Shown piece by piece: positions 11,901 through 25,400 of a stretch of 64,000 nucleotides of DNA. The notes beneath the pieces are model-generated. The model saw nothing but the letters and a program-made list of their open reading frames with translations, was not told the DNA's origin and searched no databases. Position 1 is the stretch's first letter. Each line of letters starts with the position of its first letter. The translations under genes and the position numbers were made by a program. Source of the stretch: Antedon mediterranea (taxonomy: Eukaryota; Animalia; Echinodermata); NCBI RefSeq assembly GCF_964355755.1, contig NC_092670.1, forward strand, positions 31,484,388 through 31,548,387, in the 5' to 3' direction.

Positions 11901-13098
11901 GCATCTTGGGCCCTATTCTTTTTCTATGTTATTTAAATGATATTGCTTCTTGTATTGATTCTGATGTTCAATTATTGCTTTATGCTGATGATTCTACGAT
12001 TCTGTATTCTCATCACGATGCCACCAAAATCGCTCATAAATTAAGTACTGTCCTAGCTAAGTGCCAGGACTGGTTAACTGAAAACAAATTATCTTTACAT
12101 GTTGGCAAAACCGAAAGTATTATCTTTGGTAGCAGAGTGAAGCTTAACAAAGTTAAAGAGTTTTCTGTAGAATTAATGGGCCGTAGAATCAAAAGTACTA
12201 AGCAAGTTAAATATTTGGGTATTGATTTAGACCAATATGTATCATGTGATATTATTGCAACTAGTGTTATCAGTAAAGTTAAGTCAAGGTTGAAGTTTTT
12301 ACATAGGCAAAGTTCGTGCTTGAATAAAAAATGTCGTAAACTATTAAGCACTGCTTTAATACAATGTACATTTGACTATTCTGCCTCGGCATGGTACGGC
12401 GGTGTCAATAAGAATCTTAAACATAAATTACAAACTGCCCAAAACAAGATGGCACGTTTCATTTTAAATGTTGGTCCGAGGTCTCACATAGGTGCCAAAG
12501 AGCTTTCCGATCTTGGGTTTCTTAATGTCAGCCTCAGAAATAAGTTTTTAAGATTAAATTATGTTCACAAAATTCGTTATAACTTTAATACGCCTTTCCT
12601 TAAGGATAACTTTTTGTTAATTTCTGATCATCATAACCATTTCACCAGGGGCACAACATTTAATTTTGTCACTCCTAAGGCTACTGGCGTTAATGATATG
12701 ACTTTTTATTTCTTAGGTATCCGTGACTGGAACAGGCTCCCCAATTCACTCAAATCAATACAAAATAATGCAACCTTCAAAATAAAACTAAAAAAATATT
12801 TTAATAATGAACAGCTTGGAATTTCAGTTTAATTAAGTTATTTTTAATATTGTTTTTTTGATGTTATCTTGTCTTGTATGTATTTTCTTGTTTTTTCATT
12901 TTTACTGAGTCATACTTAATGATAATTGTGCTAGGCCCAATCACTCACTTTTCAGTCATTACGGATTGGACCCCATTGTAAATAAGTTTACTTTTTTGTC
13001 GACTTAATGGGTTATCCAGGTATTCTTTTAATACATTGTATATTTTAACTTTTTATGTATGAATATCGAATAAAATCAATCAATCAATCAATCAATCA
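8971..13098 (+). mobile_element. Near full-length single-ORF non-LTR retrotransposon (CR1/L2/Crack group), frameshifted
   Basis: APE endonuclease motifs (HLNARSL, SESWL, GGGV, YRPP, GDFN, LDH, SDH), RT motifs (NYRPIS, DLQKAFDTV, GVPQGSILGP, YADD), AATAAA plus (AATC)n tail at 13069-13098. The 5' boundary is approximate. Confidence 0.93.
9334..12832 (+). pseudogene. LINE polyprotein: hydrophobic leader + 2A-like motif + PHD finger + APE endonuclease + reverse transcriptase, broken by several frameshifts
   Basis: ORF pieces 9378-9578, 9545-10810 and 11387-12832 join across frameshifts, mostly in A/T runs (~9365, 9562, 10805, 10882, 11185, 11215, 11386). GDVSPNPGP at 9599-9625; PHD-type CSFC..CTEC..HIKC..WLCQEC. 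Confidence 0.88.
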
Positions 13099-13400
13099 AG
13101 AACCAGAAGGAGGATAAGAAAAATGAGGGAAAGGGTATTAATAATAACATTCATCTCTTAAATAAATTATCGTTATGGTTTTCTAGTGAATAAGCAATAA
13201 TTAATGGAAATGACATGAATTACAACTAATTTCTAATAATAACTATACAATTATCTATGCTATTCAGATTCTAAACAAGAGTCAGATGAACAATCATCTT
13301 CCACTGGTGAAGGACTAGCTATCTGCGCATCTGGTGTTGAGAAGGAGATTGAATTTCCTAAAACTAGTTTCTTTGATGTACTAAAGGAAAACTAAGATTA

Positions 13401-16400
13401 AACAAGGCCATATAGATGGCTGCAGTCGCGTGCTTAGTGTTTACCGACCGACCGACCAACCTACCAACAGACCGAAATTACTGAACATGTTTAAAAATGT
13501 TGAAATGTTTAAAAACAGTTATATTTTTTTAATTTACACGTGCGTAGCCTGTCACTTTTGACGTGCTCATATAACGTAATTTCGAGTTGAAAAGTAAGTC
13601 AAGAAAACAGAAATCGGGCAAAAAGAGTGCGCAATAACATTTAACGTGCAGTGCGCGCGCAAAAATCTGCGCACTCATGGCAATTTTGTAAACGCTTAAA
13701 ATTGCCTGAAACGTACTCTTATTTCATCGAAAATAAATTTTTAAAATTTTAAACGCGCGTACGCATGCGTTACATGCGCTACGCACGTAATTGTATTGCC
13801 ATATGATGATTTATGCCCTGAAATTTATGAGTACCAAATTTTATTTAATTGTGATTCATATCAATATTTTTATCAATAATAAGTGTCATTATAAAATTAG
13901 AGATGACTTAACTCCTTTAACCTATTTTTGTGAATCTCAGTTTATTGAAGTTAAAACCGGAACTATATAGACCTCATAAAATTTCTATTCCTTTCTTTAC
14001 ACAGAACTTTGAACTCCTTATTAAAAACTTAACGAAAGAAAATAAAAAAATATTTCTCCTTGGTGATTTTAACATTGACTTACTCAAATTTGAATCTGAT
14101 AACAATATTAATGATTTTGTTCATTGTCTTTTCAACAATTCTCTCATTTCGCTTATTCATAGACCGACACGCATCACCGAACATTCCGCTACCCTAATTG
14201 ACAACATTTTCACTAATGATCTTGAATCGTCTGTTAGTGGTATCATTATTAATGATGCTACAGATCATCTTCCTGTTTTTAACATCAGTTCAAATAAACC
14301 GAGTAAGCGAGTAATCAATACCAATCTTAAATTTAGAAATACTAGTGAACACAATATCCTTAATTTTCGTAATGATTTATCAAATTTTCCATGGAATGAT
14401 GTCGTGAGTACGCAAGACACAAATCTGGCATATGACACATTTATTAATAATTTTACAACCTTATATAATAAACACTTTCCTTTAATTGAACCATTCAAAG
14501 CTAAAGTTAAACTTAAACCATGGATGACCGATGGACTTTTGACTTCGATTTTGTACAAACAGAGACTTTATTCTAAAAGTCTACGCCATCCAACACTTTC
14601 TAATATATCCAAATATAAGCGTTATCGAAATAAATTAAACAACCTTTTAAAAACTGCTAAATTGGATTACTTTTGTGAAACTTTTACTAAGCTTAAGTTC
14701 AATATCAAGGCCACCTGGCGTGTCATCAATTCTCTTCTTAAGTCAAATAAAAATGCACCTGCCGATATTGAACTTTTAGCTGATGGAAAATTAATAAAAG
14801 AACCTTTAATAGTAGCAAATATATTCAATGACCACTTCACAAATATTGGACCCAACCTTGCTGGAAAAATAAATAATGACTCTGATAAAACTTTTCATCA
14901 CTTCTTACATCCCCCTATTCCTAACTCAATTTTTCTTTCACCTGTAACCGAACAAGAAGTGCACAAAATCACAAATTCATTTAAAAGCAACAAGGCCTCT
15001 GGCATCGATGACATTTGTGCTAAAGTTATCAAAAAATCCATTGACACTATTCTCTCTCCTCTCACTTACATTTTTAATTTATCTCTTACGTACATCTGGT
15101 GTTTTTCCCAACTCCCTAAAAATTGGTAAAGTTATTCCAATTTTCAAGAAAGGTAGCAAGTCCGATCCAAATAACTATCGTCCAATCTCCATCATTCCCT
15201 TTTTTTCAAAGATTCTTGAAAAGATTATTTATAACCGCGTCTATAATTTTATAAGCAAGCACAATATTCTTTATAATAAACAATTCGGATTTAGGAAAAA
15301 ACTATTCTACGTCTTTTGCGCTAATTGATTTAACCAACAACATTATTGATGCAATTCAAAACAATTCTTTTCCCTCTGGCTTGTTTATTGACCTGTCGAA
15401 AGCTTTTGATACTATTGACCATCATATTCTGATTACTAAACTTTCAAATTATGGTATCCGTGGTGTTGCTCTTAAACTTTTAAACAATTACTTATCAAAT
15501 AGATTTCAATGTACTTCTGTTAACAATCATACCTCTGATCTTAAGCCCATTACCTGTGGTGTTCCCCAAGGGTCCTTGCTTGGCCTTCTTTTATTTCTAA
15601 TTTACATCAATGATTTATCAAACGCCTCAGATATCCTTACCTTTTATCTTTATGCAGATGACACGACTTTATTTTATAAAATTGTTAACTTTCAATCAAT
15701 TTTTCATACTTTTAACCAAGAATTAATTAATATTAATGATTATTTTAATGTGAATAAACTTTCAATAAACCTAAGTAAATGCAACTTTATGTTGTTTGGA
15801 ATACGTCATCAAAAACTAACCGACGAGTCTCATAAAATAATGATTGGTGATCAAGTAATTCCCCATGTTAAGCAAACCAAATTTTTAGGTGTTTTAATTG
15901 ACCAAGAGCTAAATTTTAAAAATCATATAAAAGAAATTGAATTAAAAATTTCTAAAAACATTGGCATACTTTATCGTCTTTCTTCCTTTTTACCGTCTCA
16001 AATTTTACGCAATATTTACTGTTCCCTTATTCTGCCTTTTATTAGTTACTGTAACATTGTATGGGCCAATAATTACCCTTCAAATCTAAATAAAATACAT
16101 GTCCTTCAAAAGAAAGCTGTTCGTCTTATCTCGGGTAACTCACGTCTTGCTCATACTAATATCCTTTTTTATAACCTTAAACTCTTAACTGTGCACGATA
16201 TTAATAAACTCCAACAATGCATTTCCGTTTATGAACATATTAATTCCAAACTGCCTTCTAACTTTTCCTGTAATTTTTTAACTAACTCTGAAATCCATTC
16301 GTATAACACAAGAGCATCACGGGACCTTCATCTTCCTCAACCTAAACTAACTAAAATGAAACATAACATTCGCTATAGTGGTTCTAAACTATTCAATAAT

Positions 16401-17166
16401 CTACCTCCCGAAATTTCATCATCGTCTTCTAGCAAAATGTTCTCTTTTAAACTTAAAGAATATCTTATTTCAAATTATAACTAATTGTTTTCTCTATTTT
16501 GTAATATTTTTTTAACTTTAGAAACTTTTTCGAAATTGCTTCCTTTTCTGTTGGTGTGTGTGTGTGTGTGTCTGTTGATCTTTATGTGTATGTGTAGTTA
16601 TATGTTTACATTTATATATATAAGTATATAATCTTCTTACATGGCTTCCCAACATACAAGTTTCAATTGGATTTTTGTTTCCAATTGATCGATACTTTCT
16701 TGGTTTTTTTTGCCTCTTTCATTTTGTATATAACTGAATCATCTTTTTATACATTATGATTTACTGTATTATATCTCTAAAAAAAAAAAGAAATATATAT
16801 TTATTTATAAAATATCAGAAATTATAATGTTTTTTTACTCAAATATGAATGAAAGAAATAAATGTTTATTTGAATTGAATTGAATTGAATTGTGAAGATA
16901 TGATCACAAACGTGATTTCGTTAAATCGTGCGTAGACAGCGTAATTTTTTATTGCGCACCGTGAAAACATAACCACATCGATTCCTGGCCATAAGGAATA
17001 TACTGTGAAAAATTGACTTAGCTAGATTAAACTGATATCAAGGTAAGGTCAGAAAGCGATAAAACGCATAGTGATACCGGACCGACAGACAGATCGACAG
17101 ACCGACAGACCGACAGACCGACCGACCGACATAGTGAACTATAGAGTCGCTTCCACGCGACTAAAA
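13401..17166 (-). mobile_element. Non-autonomous Helentron-type element (HINE/DINE-1-like) interrupted by a LINE
   Basis: Minus-strand 5' end TTTTTAGTCGCGTGGAAGCGACT hairpin plus (GTCG/GTCT)n microsatellite. The 3' end carries the subterminal IR CACGCGACT and a GCCAT-CTAT-ATGGC palindrome followed by CTTGTT. Same ends as the mini copies at 34291 and 35055. Confidence 0.75.
13861..16892 (+). mobile_element. 5'-truncated CR1/L2-group LINE (partial APE + RT), frameshifted
   Basis: ORFs 13930-15129, 15008-15328 and 15381-16484 carry GDFNIDLL, TLIDNIF, TDHLP, NYRPISI, DLSKAFDT, GVPQGS and YADD; AATAAA plus (TTGAA)n tail at 16870-16892. Confidence 0.93.
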
Positions 17167-17191
17167 ACAATAGCAAACAGTATACAGTAAG

Positions 17192-17607
17192 TTTTTAGTC
17201 GCGTGGACGCGACTCTATAGTTCACTATGTCGGTCGGTTGGTCGGTCTGTCTGTCTGTGTTTGTCGATAACTGGACATTAAGCCCATTGGCCTGCTCCAT
17301 TTATTGCTTTGTTTCGCACCCCTACTAAACCAAGGTTTGTCGATAACTGGACATTAAGCCCATTGGCCTGCTCCATTCACTGCTTTGTTTCGCACCCCTA
17401 CTAAACCAAGGTTTGTCGATAACTGGACATTAAGCCCATTGGCCTGCTCCATTCATTGTTTGTTCCGCACCCCTACTAAACCAAGGTTTGTCGATAATTG
17501 GCCATTAAGCCCATTGGCCTGCTCCATTCATTGCTTTGTTTCGCACCCCTACGAAACCAAGGTTTGTCGATAACTGGCCATTAAGTCCATCGGCCTACTC
17601 CATTCAT
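17192..17607 (+). mobile_element. HINE 5' end with internal 75/76-bp tandem repeat (~4.6 copies); 3' end not found
   Basis: TTTTTAGTCGCGTGGACGCGACTCTATAG hairpin, (GTCG/GTCT)n, then units starting TTTGTCGATAA at 17260, 17336, 17412, 17487 and 17563. Confidence 0.75.
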
Positions 17608-18124
17608 TTAATGTCATGTATGTGAATTTCATTTCCAAACTTCTTGTCTCGGATATAGTCGGAGGAAGATTAATCGATAATTTGTCGAGCTACAATGAAA
17701 TGAGTTTTAAAACCCCACTTTACTTGCCGCCTTATTTATATATTTTTAAGCCACACGTCATTGAATAAATTATTATATTATACTATATTTGAAGTGTCCG
17801 TATTTCATTAGTGTTAGGTGTACCACAGCCTACTATACTAACTAAGCTTTTGTTTGACATATGACAGAACTGTAGATTGACAGACAGACCAACCGACATA
17901 ATTGCTAAGGGAGTAGACATAAACAATATACTGTACTCAAACAAAGGGCAATTATAGTTCCATCATACCGTAAATAGTACATGAATTATAAAGCGTTACA
18001 CTAACAAATAATAATAAAGCGGGTTATATTTATTTTTAAAATATGCACAAAATTTAAATATGGCGAAGTGCCACAATTACTCAAATTGAAAGTGAATTTG
18101 GATACTATAACACGAGCGATGTGT

Positions 18125-18343
18125 AACACCCGATTCTGCTACTGTCAATAGGTATGTATCTGTATAACTATCAGCAAGTGTATGCTGTCTGCATAAATGC
18201 TGTACTTTTAACACATACATATATTATAGAGTATTATAGAGGGTGCTATATAGAGTAAATACAAACACCGTTTGTAGCAACGTGGATAACTTTCTATAGT
18301 TATACAGATATCACCTAGGGACAGTAGCAGAATCGGTTGTGTG
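18125..18343. mobile_element. ~220-bp MITE
   Basis: Terminal inverted repeats ACACCCGATTCTGCTACTGTC / GACAGTAGCAGAATCGGTTGTGT, with further internal inverted similarity. Confidence 0.7.
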
Positions 18344-19513
18344 TAAACTCAACTCGAGCGATGTCTACTTAACATAATTATGTCTGTCCTGACGTGCCGT
18401 AGTTAAACATCTTCCATATCAAGTCTACTAACGGCAACATATCGTACAATATCATCTGGTAGGCTATTAAATTATCATATGGGATAAAGGAAGTTGATAC
18501 GCGATACTGCAGGACGTTATGATGCTAAATAAATGTTGAATGGAACTTTTAATATTTGGTACATGGAAGATGATAGACAACGAAAAAATCAAAAACAATA
18601 CGTAGACATTTAAATAAATCACCAAATCACATTTTTTTTTCAATTAAAACAAATTTACTTTAGGCCTATAATAAGCAAACATATGGCTAAAATGGTATAC
18701 CGGTACATTGAAAATGCATTCTGTGCATTTATATTTAAATATTATATATAGAAATTGACAAAATGTATTTTTAATTCTATAAGTGTAAAACTTTTGTTGC
18801 ATTTATTGAATTTTCAAATAAAAAATACATAATCTATTTTGGATAACATTATTATCAAGTTATCCTATAGGAATCACAGCAACAACGAACATACATGACC
18901 AGTCCAAGAGGGTAAGTATTTATATTTGTTGACTCTTTAAATTTCTCTGTCATCAATTTTAATTTTTGGTTTGTTGAAATTGATCATAAATTTTTCCTTA
19001 TGTAATTTTGTCTTCTTTTCCCTGCCGATGCAGAGGGCGCTTTACAGCTGTGGCCTTTCTCTGAATCTAGTGAGATTTCTTGAGTTAAATTCTTGATGTT
19101 GTTCTAACTTTGTCTGGTCTATTCCGTTTTGTATGATTTCTGTGGATATTGTTGTACTGATTCTATTTCCGTTAGCCGTTTTGATGTTTGTTGCATATGG
19201 TATTTTTATGGTTGAACTTTTGAACAAACTGTAACTTTTTTATTTATTTTTTGCTTGTATTATTTGAGGTAACTGCAGTCTAATTTATTCGTTTTTATAT
19301 ATGTATGTATTGTTGATAGTGATTTTAGTTTAAATAGTTTTTATAATGTAATACATATGCAATTCAGCCATGTGCTGCCATGTATGTAATTTGTATGTGA
19401 ATTTTGAATAAATATACCGATATATATGCGCGGTATGCAATAATAAAATGTCATAACAAGACGGATCACTGTAACAAGGCGGTAGCCGTTTGTATTAATA
19501 CTCTTTGTAATAA

Positions 19514-22064
19514 TCTATATATAAATTTACGTAAGGGCAAAATTCGGTAAATCGCGCCTTACTTCTAGAATTTTCACTCGATGGTATGTAAAGTTGATTC
19601 GTACTTTCGGTACTTATTTTAACCGCCTGATGTAACCCTGTTTACTAATTAAATTGAGTTAGATAATTAGTTATTGACGATTAAAACGAATTTAGGTTCA
19701 AAGATTTGCCCCAAATAGGGGTGTTTTCCGATCGTTGTATACACTGTCTAATGGATGTCCATCTTGAAAAATACCCGCCAAAAAATGCGAGGAGGCTTCG
19801 CATTTTTCTATCTCCTCCTACGATAATTGTTTTTAATAGCTGAAAACCGGTTGAACAGCTAGAGTACACCATCATAATGTTGAAGACAGGCCGATTTTCT
19901 TTAAAAAATACTATTTTGATAGATTTAATATACGATTATACAAATGTATTGATTTGCGATGAATGGAACATCCCAATCTCTCAGTCTGCCAGAGTTGGTT
20001 TAACACAAGTACTGTAGGTAAATTTATGAGCCCTTGGTTTAACACATACGGTAGGTAAATATATGGGCCCTTTGAGAATAAACTTGCAATACTTTGACAA
20101 TACTGTAAATACCTATTAACTATTTTTCATTTGAATCGAACATTTCTTACTGTGAATGTTCGTACTGTTAGATGTAATATAAAAATATATACAAATAAAC
20201 TTTATTACTGAGACTGTGGATAGGCTCTACTGTTAGATATACAAATAAACTTTATACTGACAGTTCCTTCTCAACGTTTGTATTAATTAATAATTACCAA
20301 AAATATAAACGTCGTAGTGGTGTATCGTGACATGTACTTTAATATTTCAATCGATTATGACAGTGACAATTTTAACAAAGTATTAAATCGCAAATGTTTT
20401 AGGCCTACTGTATTTAGAGGTATATTATTTATAGGCCTATAAAACACGAACAAAATATTTCGTTACTCAGTGGATAAAGAATATATTTAAAAATTGTTCC
20501 TCTTTGTACCTATCCGCTTTCCCATCCCTCAACCCTAATGTTACATAGCGAGGAGGCTTCGCATTTTCCTATCTCCTCCTACGATAATTGTTTTTAATAG
20601 CTGAAAACCGGTTGAACAGCTAGAGTACACCATCATAATGTTGAAGACAGGCCGATTTTCTTTAAAAAAATACTATTTTGATAGATTGCTAGAGTACACC
20701 ATCATAATGTTGAAGACAGGCCGATTTTCTTTAAAAAATACTATTTTGATAGATTTAATATACGATTATACAAATGTATTGATTTGCGATGAATGGAACA
20801 TCCAGTAGTTTGGTTTAACACAAGTACTGTAGGTAAATTTATGAGCCCTTGGTTTAACACATACGGTAGGTAAATATATGGGCCCTTTGAGAATAAACTT
20901 GCAATAGGTTCGGAAAATGTTAAAAACCAATTTCTATTATTTGAATCGGTAAACAGTTTCCATTTATTATACATTGATAATGAAACATGAAATATTCCTA
21001 TTTATGTCCCTCGAGGTTCATTACAATTTATATTTAGTAGTCCCACGGACTTCATCTTAGCCACTCCCCCGAGTGTGCTAAGGCCAAATTTATGATACCC
21101 TACTTTCTATGTAGTTACAGTTAGTTCTTGACGATAATAATAATACAACGAATTTAGGTTACACCCTTCGGCCGCGAAAACGTTTCTGTACAAATATGAT
21201 ACCGATTGGCTTTATTTCATTCAACAGCGACCATAATCTCGGCAATTACAGGATAGATAAACTATTTTATTATTGATGTGCTTATAAATTAAGACTCATG
21301 TAAACAGCTTGATTACATCATTTTACAGACAAACGAAACTTTTTTAAACCTACTGTTTCAATAACTGAGTATAATACTGTATACGTTTTCATAAGTAAGT
21401 GCATATACATTTTCGTGTTTTCATTGACGAGATTGTAATAGTAACTTCAGTAACTATTACAGTACTTATTTATTATACGATACAAGACAATTGTATCTGA
21501 CAGGTACGTACATTATTCTAAAAAATAAGTCTAGATAGATCCCTTAGGCGTCATAAATCACAGGCCAACAAATCAGTACTCATGACAGAAATTCGACCCA
21601 GTTTGGTTCACACAAATGTTTACAGGAAGTTCAACACCACAACCGATGATTTGCCCTAAATATTTAGGTAGACTACAGTTTAATTTTTCACTGAATAGGA
21701 GCTTGAATTTCCGATTTCCATTTCGCAGAATGTCTAGGTCTATTTATTTAGTTTGGTTCTTATAATATATAAATACAATCAACTTTATTACTGCGGTTCC
21801 ATCACCACCACCACGTGCTGCCGCCCAATTCCCGTACATACATTTCCATTTCTCCCTAATTTCTTTAATCCACATAAATTAATTGTCCTTTATGGAATCC
21901 AGTATTGGTTTTGTTGTCTCTATTTCTGAATACCCCAATTAGGGGGACACTTCCGTTTTTGTTTAGTGTCCCAAAAAAGTCCCCGTCCGTGGATTCTACT
22001 GTATTCGAGAACCATCTGTGAGCACCCCTAGATGGTACGCGAGCGAAGCGAGCGTGCCATCTAG
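19514..22064 (+). mobile_element. Non-autonomous Helitron, copy 1
   Basis: A|TCTATATATAAATTTACG 5' end; 3' GC-rich hairpin CTAGATGGTACGCGAGCGAAGCGAGCGTGCCATCTAG|T. Second copy at 35461-37051 on the opposite strand. Internal duplications at ~20548-20905. Confidence 0.9.
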
Positions 22065-22502
22065 TTATATCAAATTCAGCTAAAACAAAATAATAAGACT
22101 ATCATAAGTACAGTATACTGTAATTATCACTAAACTATTCAGGTACAATAACTTGCTCAATACAACAGTTGTAAGTAAACTTAATTAGGCTTATATTCTA
22201 TACAAGCCTCAGTATCTCATTTAGTTAACTGGAGGGCAATCGGTAATATACCTATTGATCTTGCTGTTAAGTGCCCTCGCTATTTGGCTAAAAAACTAAC
22301 AAATTACCACCTTTCTGAACTTTAATCATAATTCCATGGATACAAGAAAAAAAAGGATAAAGAATAAAAGAAAGAAACCAAGAAAAATGGAAAAACGGGA
22401 GGGGGATAGAGAAAGAAAAAAGTAGTGTTTGTAAAATACGCGCCCTCGTATATAAAAAAGGTACATGAAAACAAAACGGCGCCGTCTTAGGTTTCAGGAG
22501 TA

Positions 22503-24004
22503 TTAACGCACTTCCGGCATTTCACAGATATAAGATTGTGTCTCACTACAAGTTTGACCAGCCCAGAGTTTACTATACATATACATCTCACCACAACTGT
22601 TCCCTGAATTGTTTTGTTCGTTCTCTGCAAAATCTGCAAATGAATATACAAAGCAAATCAGGTAATGTAGGCCTATTTTATATGACACTCTTATCTCCGC
22701 CATTATTATATTCAGTCCGGTGTTCTATTGACACGTATGCTTTTAAAGCATAATTTATACCATAGCTAGACTAGATTTAAATTCGTAACTTTTACGAATT
22801 ATAGATGATCTTCTTATAGGTGATCATTTTCCCGACATTTAGGCCGCCTAAATTTTAAAATTTGGAAGTGACGAAACATGCACGTAGGCGGCACGTTAAA
22901 ATACGAACGCAAAAAGTATTACAATAGGTCCATCAGAGAATAACATACAGTATACTGTATATAGTGTAGCATAGGTGAAATTATGGGACCCATACAAAGT
23001 TGTTGGTATGATGACGTCATCAAAATCTGATTTTATTAGGGGAAAGATGTTGTGAAAATTAAAAAACCAATGAGATTTTAAATTTTATTATATTATTTAT
23101 CCAATTTTTATAAATTGTCACGATTGTTGTAATTCATTTTTTTAAACTGCAAGAACAATTTAAATAAGTAAACCTTGATTAAACCTTGATTAAAGATTGA
23201 ATTTCTGCGAGATAATCGTACAGAAAGAAAGTAGAAGATAAGATGTTTGTAGCCTACAATAGGATCACCTAATTAGCAATCGGTTATTTCTTACACTTAA
23301 AAGGTGAGTATACATTATCGACCCAAACAAATGGAGTGGATGCACTTGTTTTTCTCATTCCAATCCATGCTTTCCCTGAAGTAGCAAGGTTACCGACGAA
23401 GTTATTTTCTGCATAATTATTGATCACAACAAGATCACCACGTTTATATCTTCTGCACAAAGGTCTAGCTTCATGCCAAGTAGATCGGGAGAAAAAGTAG
23501 CGATAACATTTAGTTCCAAACGGTCTCCAACCATGATAACACCCTAAAGTACAAACAAACAGTGTAACAGATTTTGGAAATATATTAAAAGATGATATGT
23601 ATAAAAAAAATAAAAATGTTGGTAAATAATGATACTGGATAGAGAAATGATTACAACAACAAAATCATGTATGTAAACATATGATAACAAAAATACAATT
23701 TTACCAAAACTATGTATACATTATTATTAGTTCGAAAGTTATAGCCATAGTTTGTTGGACAGAATTATTGTGTCAGACGGCGCCCCGTAACAGCCGGATC
23801 AAATGGGATGGGGCTTGGGGAAGAATACGCTCATTCCAACAAAAAGCTTCGTCAAATATTATTATTTCAAAAATTAAAGAGTGAATGATTAAGGACATTT
23901 TTAGTGTTAGTATTAGTTTAAAAAATAGTTATAATCTTACGTCCTTCAACCAGCGTTGCAGCGACTGTTAAACAGGCCAGCACCAACAAAGTAATTCGCG
24001 CCAT
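22503..24004 (-). CDS. Secreted single-domain C-type lectin, divergent paralogue (147 aa); exons 24004-23941, 23543-23295, 22633-22503
   Basis: MARITLLVLACLTVAATLVEGRCYHGWRPFGTKCYRYFFSRSTWHEARPLCRRYKRGDLVVINNYAENNFV...AWIGMRK...FVWVD...YFAENEQNNSGNSCGEM...WAGQTCSETQSYICEMPEVR*. Signal peptide, six canonical CTLD cysteines, WIG motif, phase-1 introns. Confidence 0.9.
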
Positions 24005-25092
24005 TCAGTATAGATGATGATTTGTTGTACAGCATCAATGAAAGAAGTGGTGACAATAAGGTGTGAAATCGTTTATGTACAAAGGAGGTTGGGCTTATTT
24101 TAGCAAATGGGAGGAGCCTTGACACACAGCTATTTACTGTATAAATATACATATTTATCCAACTTTTTAGAAATATAATCTATACGTACGTACTACAAAT
24201 GCATTGTTTGTATCCAACTATTAAAAGAAGCTCTAATGCAAAAGAAAACAAATCTGAACACTAAAATAAACTAAGTAAACTAATAATGTATAATAGGTCT
24301 ATGGTTTTCATTTATCTTATCTATATTTGTTGCAACATAAAAAATCGTTTATAAAGGAAAACCGTTTTTGCACTTGATACCTGTTCTTTAGGCCTATACC
24401 TTTCGGGATAAATTTCTTTTATTTTCTCAAAAACTAAAGTAGGCCTACACAACTTGAGCTAGAAAAGGGAAATTGATTTATTTTGAATGCATCTCTAGTT
24501 CAATTGAACCCCACTTTGTTTAGGACTATCGTAAAGACAATGTTCTCTTTCATGGTAGGCTATGTATATAAATAGGCATAATTCCCGGTTATTTGTGCAC
24601 TTTAAACAATAAAAGGAAAAGGTCGGGTAAACCAAATTTCTAAGAAATAGTTTTTGGAATAATGTATTTCTTTGTTAACAGTGAAATCTAAACATATGTT
24701 ATATATTGCAATACAGAAATCTATTGTCTTAAATGAATGGTAGGCCTAATGGTAATCCAAAAGTACAGATATGAAAATATGATTATTTTTGCCTATATTT
24801 GGTCAAATCAATGTAAAGGTCATGTGACATTATATCATATTCAAAGATATTTTGAAAACATTGCACAACACGTGTGTAAAGTCGTATTTTGTAATACATG
24901 CAAAATGGCATATTGTAAGTCTTTAAAAAAAATTAATCTTCATCATTTTTATACTTTAACAATGGAATCCTCACCTTCTTTTTCAGTTACTCCGCCAAGG
25001 TTATTGAATATCCTCTTGAGTGTCTTTCCAGTTTTAATATGTCGTTGCTCTATCACTTTCTGCTTGTCTTTCACCACTTTCATTTTATTTAT

Positions 25093-25400
25093 TATACTCT
25101 AGTAGCTAGATCAACTTTCGTATGCACTTTGAGGTCCAGAGAATTTGATTTCAGAAATTTTTTAGCGTAGTTAAACAATCATTTTTGGCTTGGTTACACA
25201 TTTTGAAAATGTGGTGAAAGGTTATAAGACCAAATATCAATAGGTCCTTAAATCTCGACAACCAATGTTCACAAATTGATCAGAAGGCATACTTATGTTC
25301 AGTCTAATGGGAAATTTTAGTCAAAAATGACGGAAATGCAATTTCTGACTCACAACCCATGACATATCTCCGTAATAGACACTTGAATATACATTTTGTT
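25093..25400 (+). mobile_element. End fragment of an unclassified repeat; inverted copy at ~37560-37888
   Basis: TACTCTAGTAGCTAGATCAACTTTCGTATGCACTTTGAGGTCCAGAGAATTTG matches the reverse complement of 37835-37888, and similarity continues for ~300 bp. Confidence 0.7.

Noticed and set aside
19042-19415. 61-aa ORF and LINE-tail-like 3' sequence
   Set aside because: No recognisable domain or boundaries; possibly an old retroelement 3' UTR, too weak to call.
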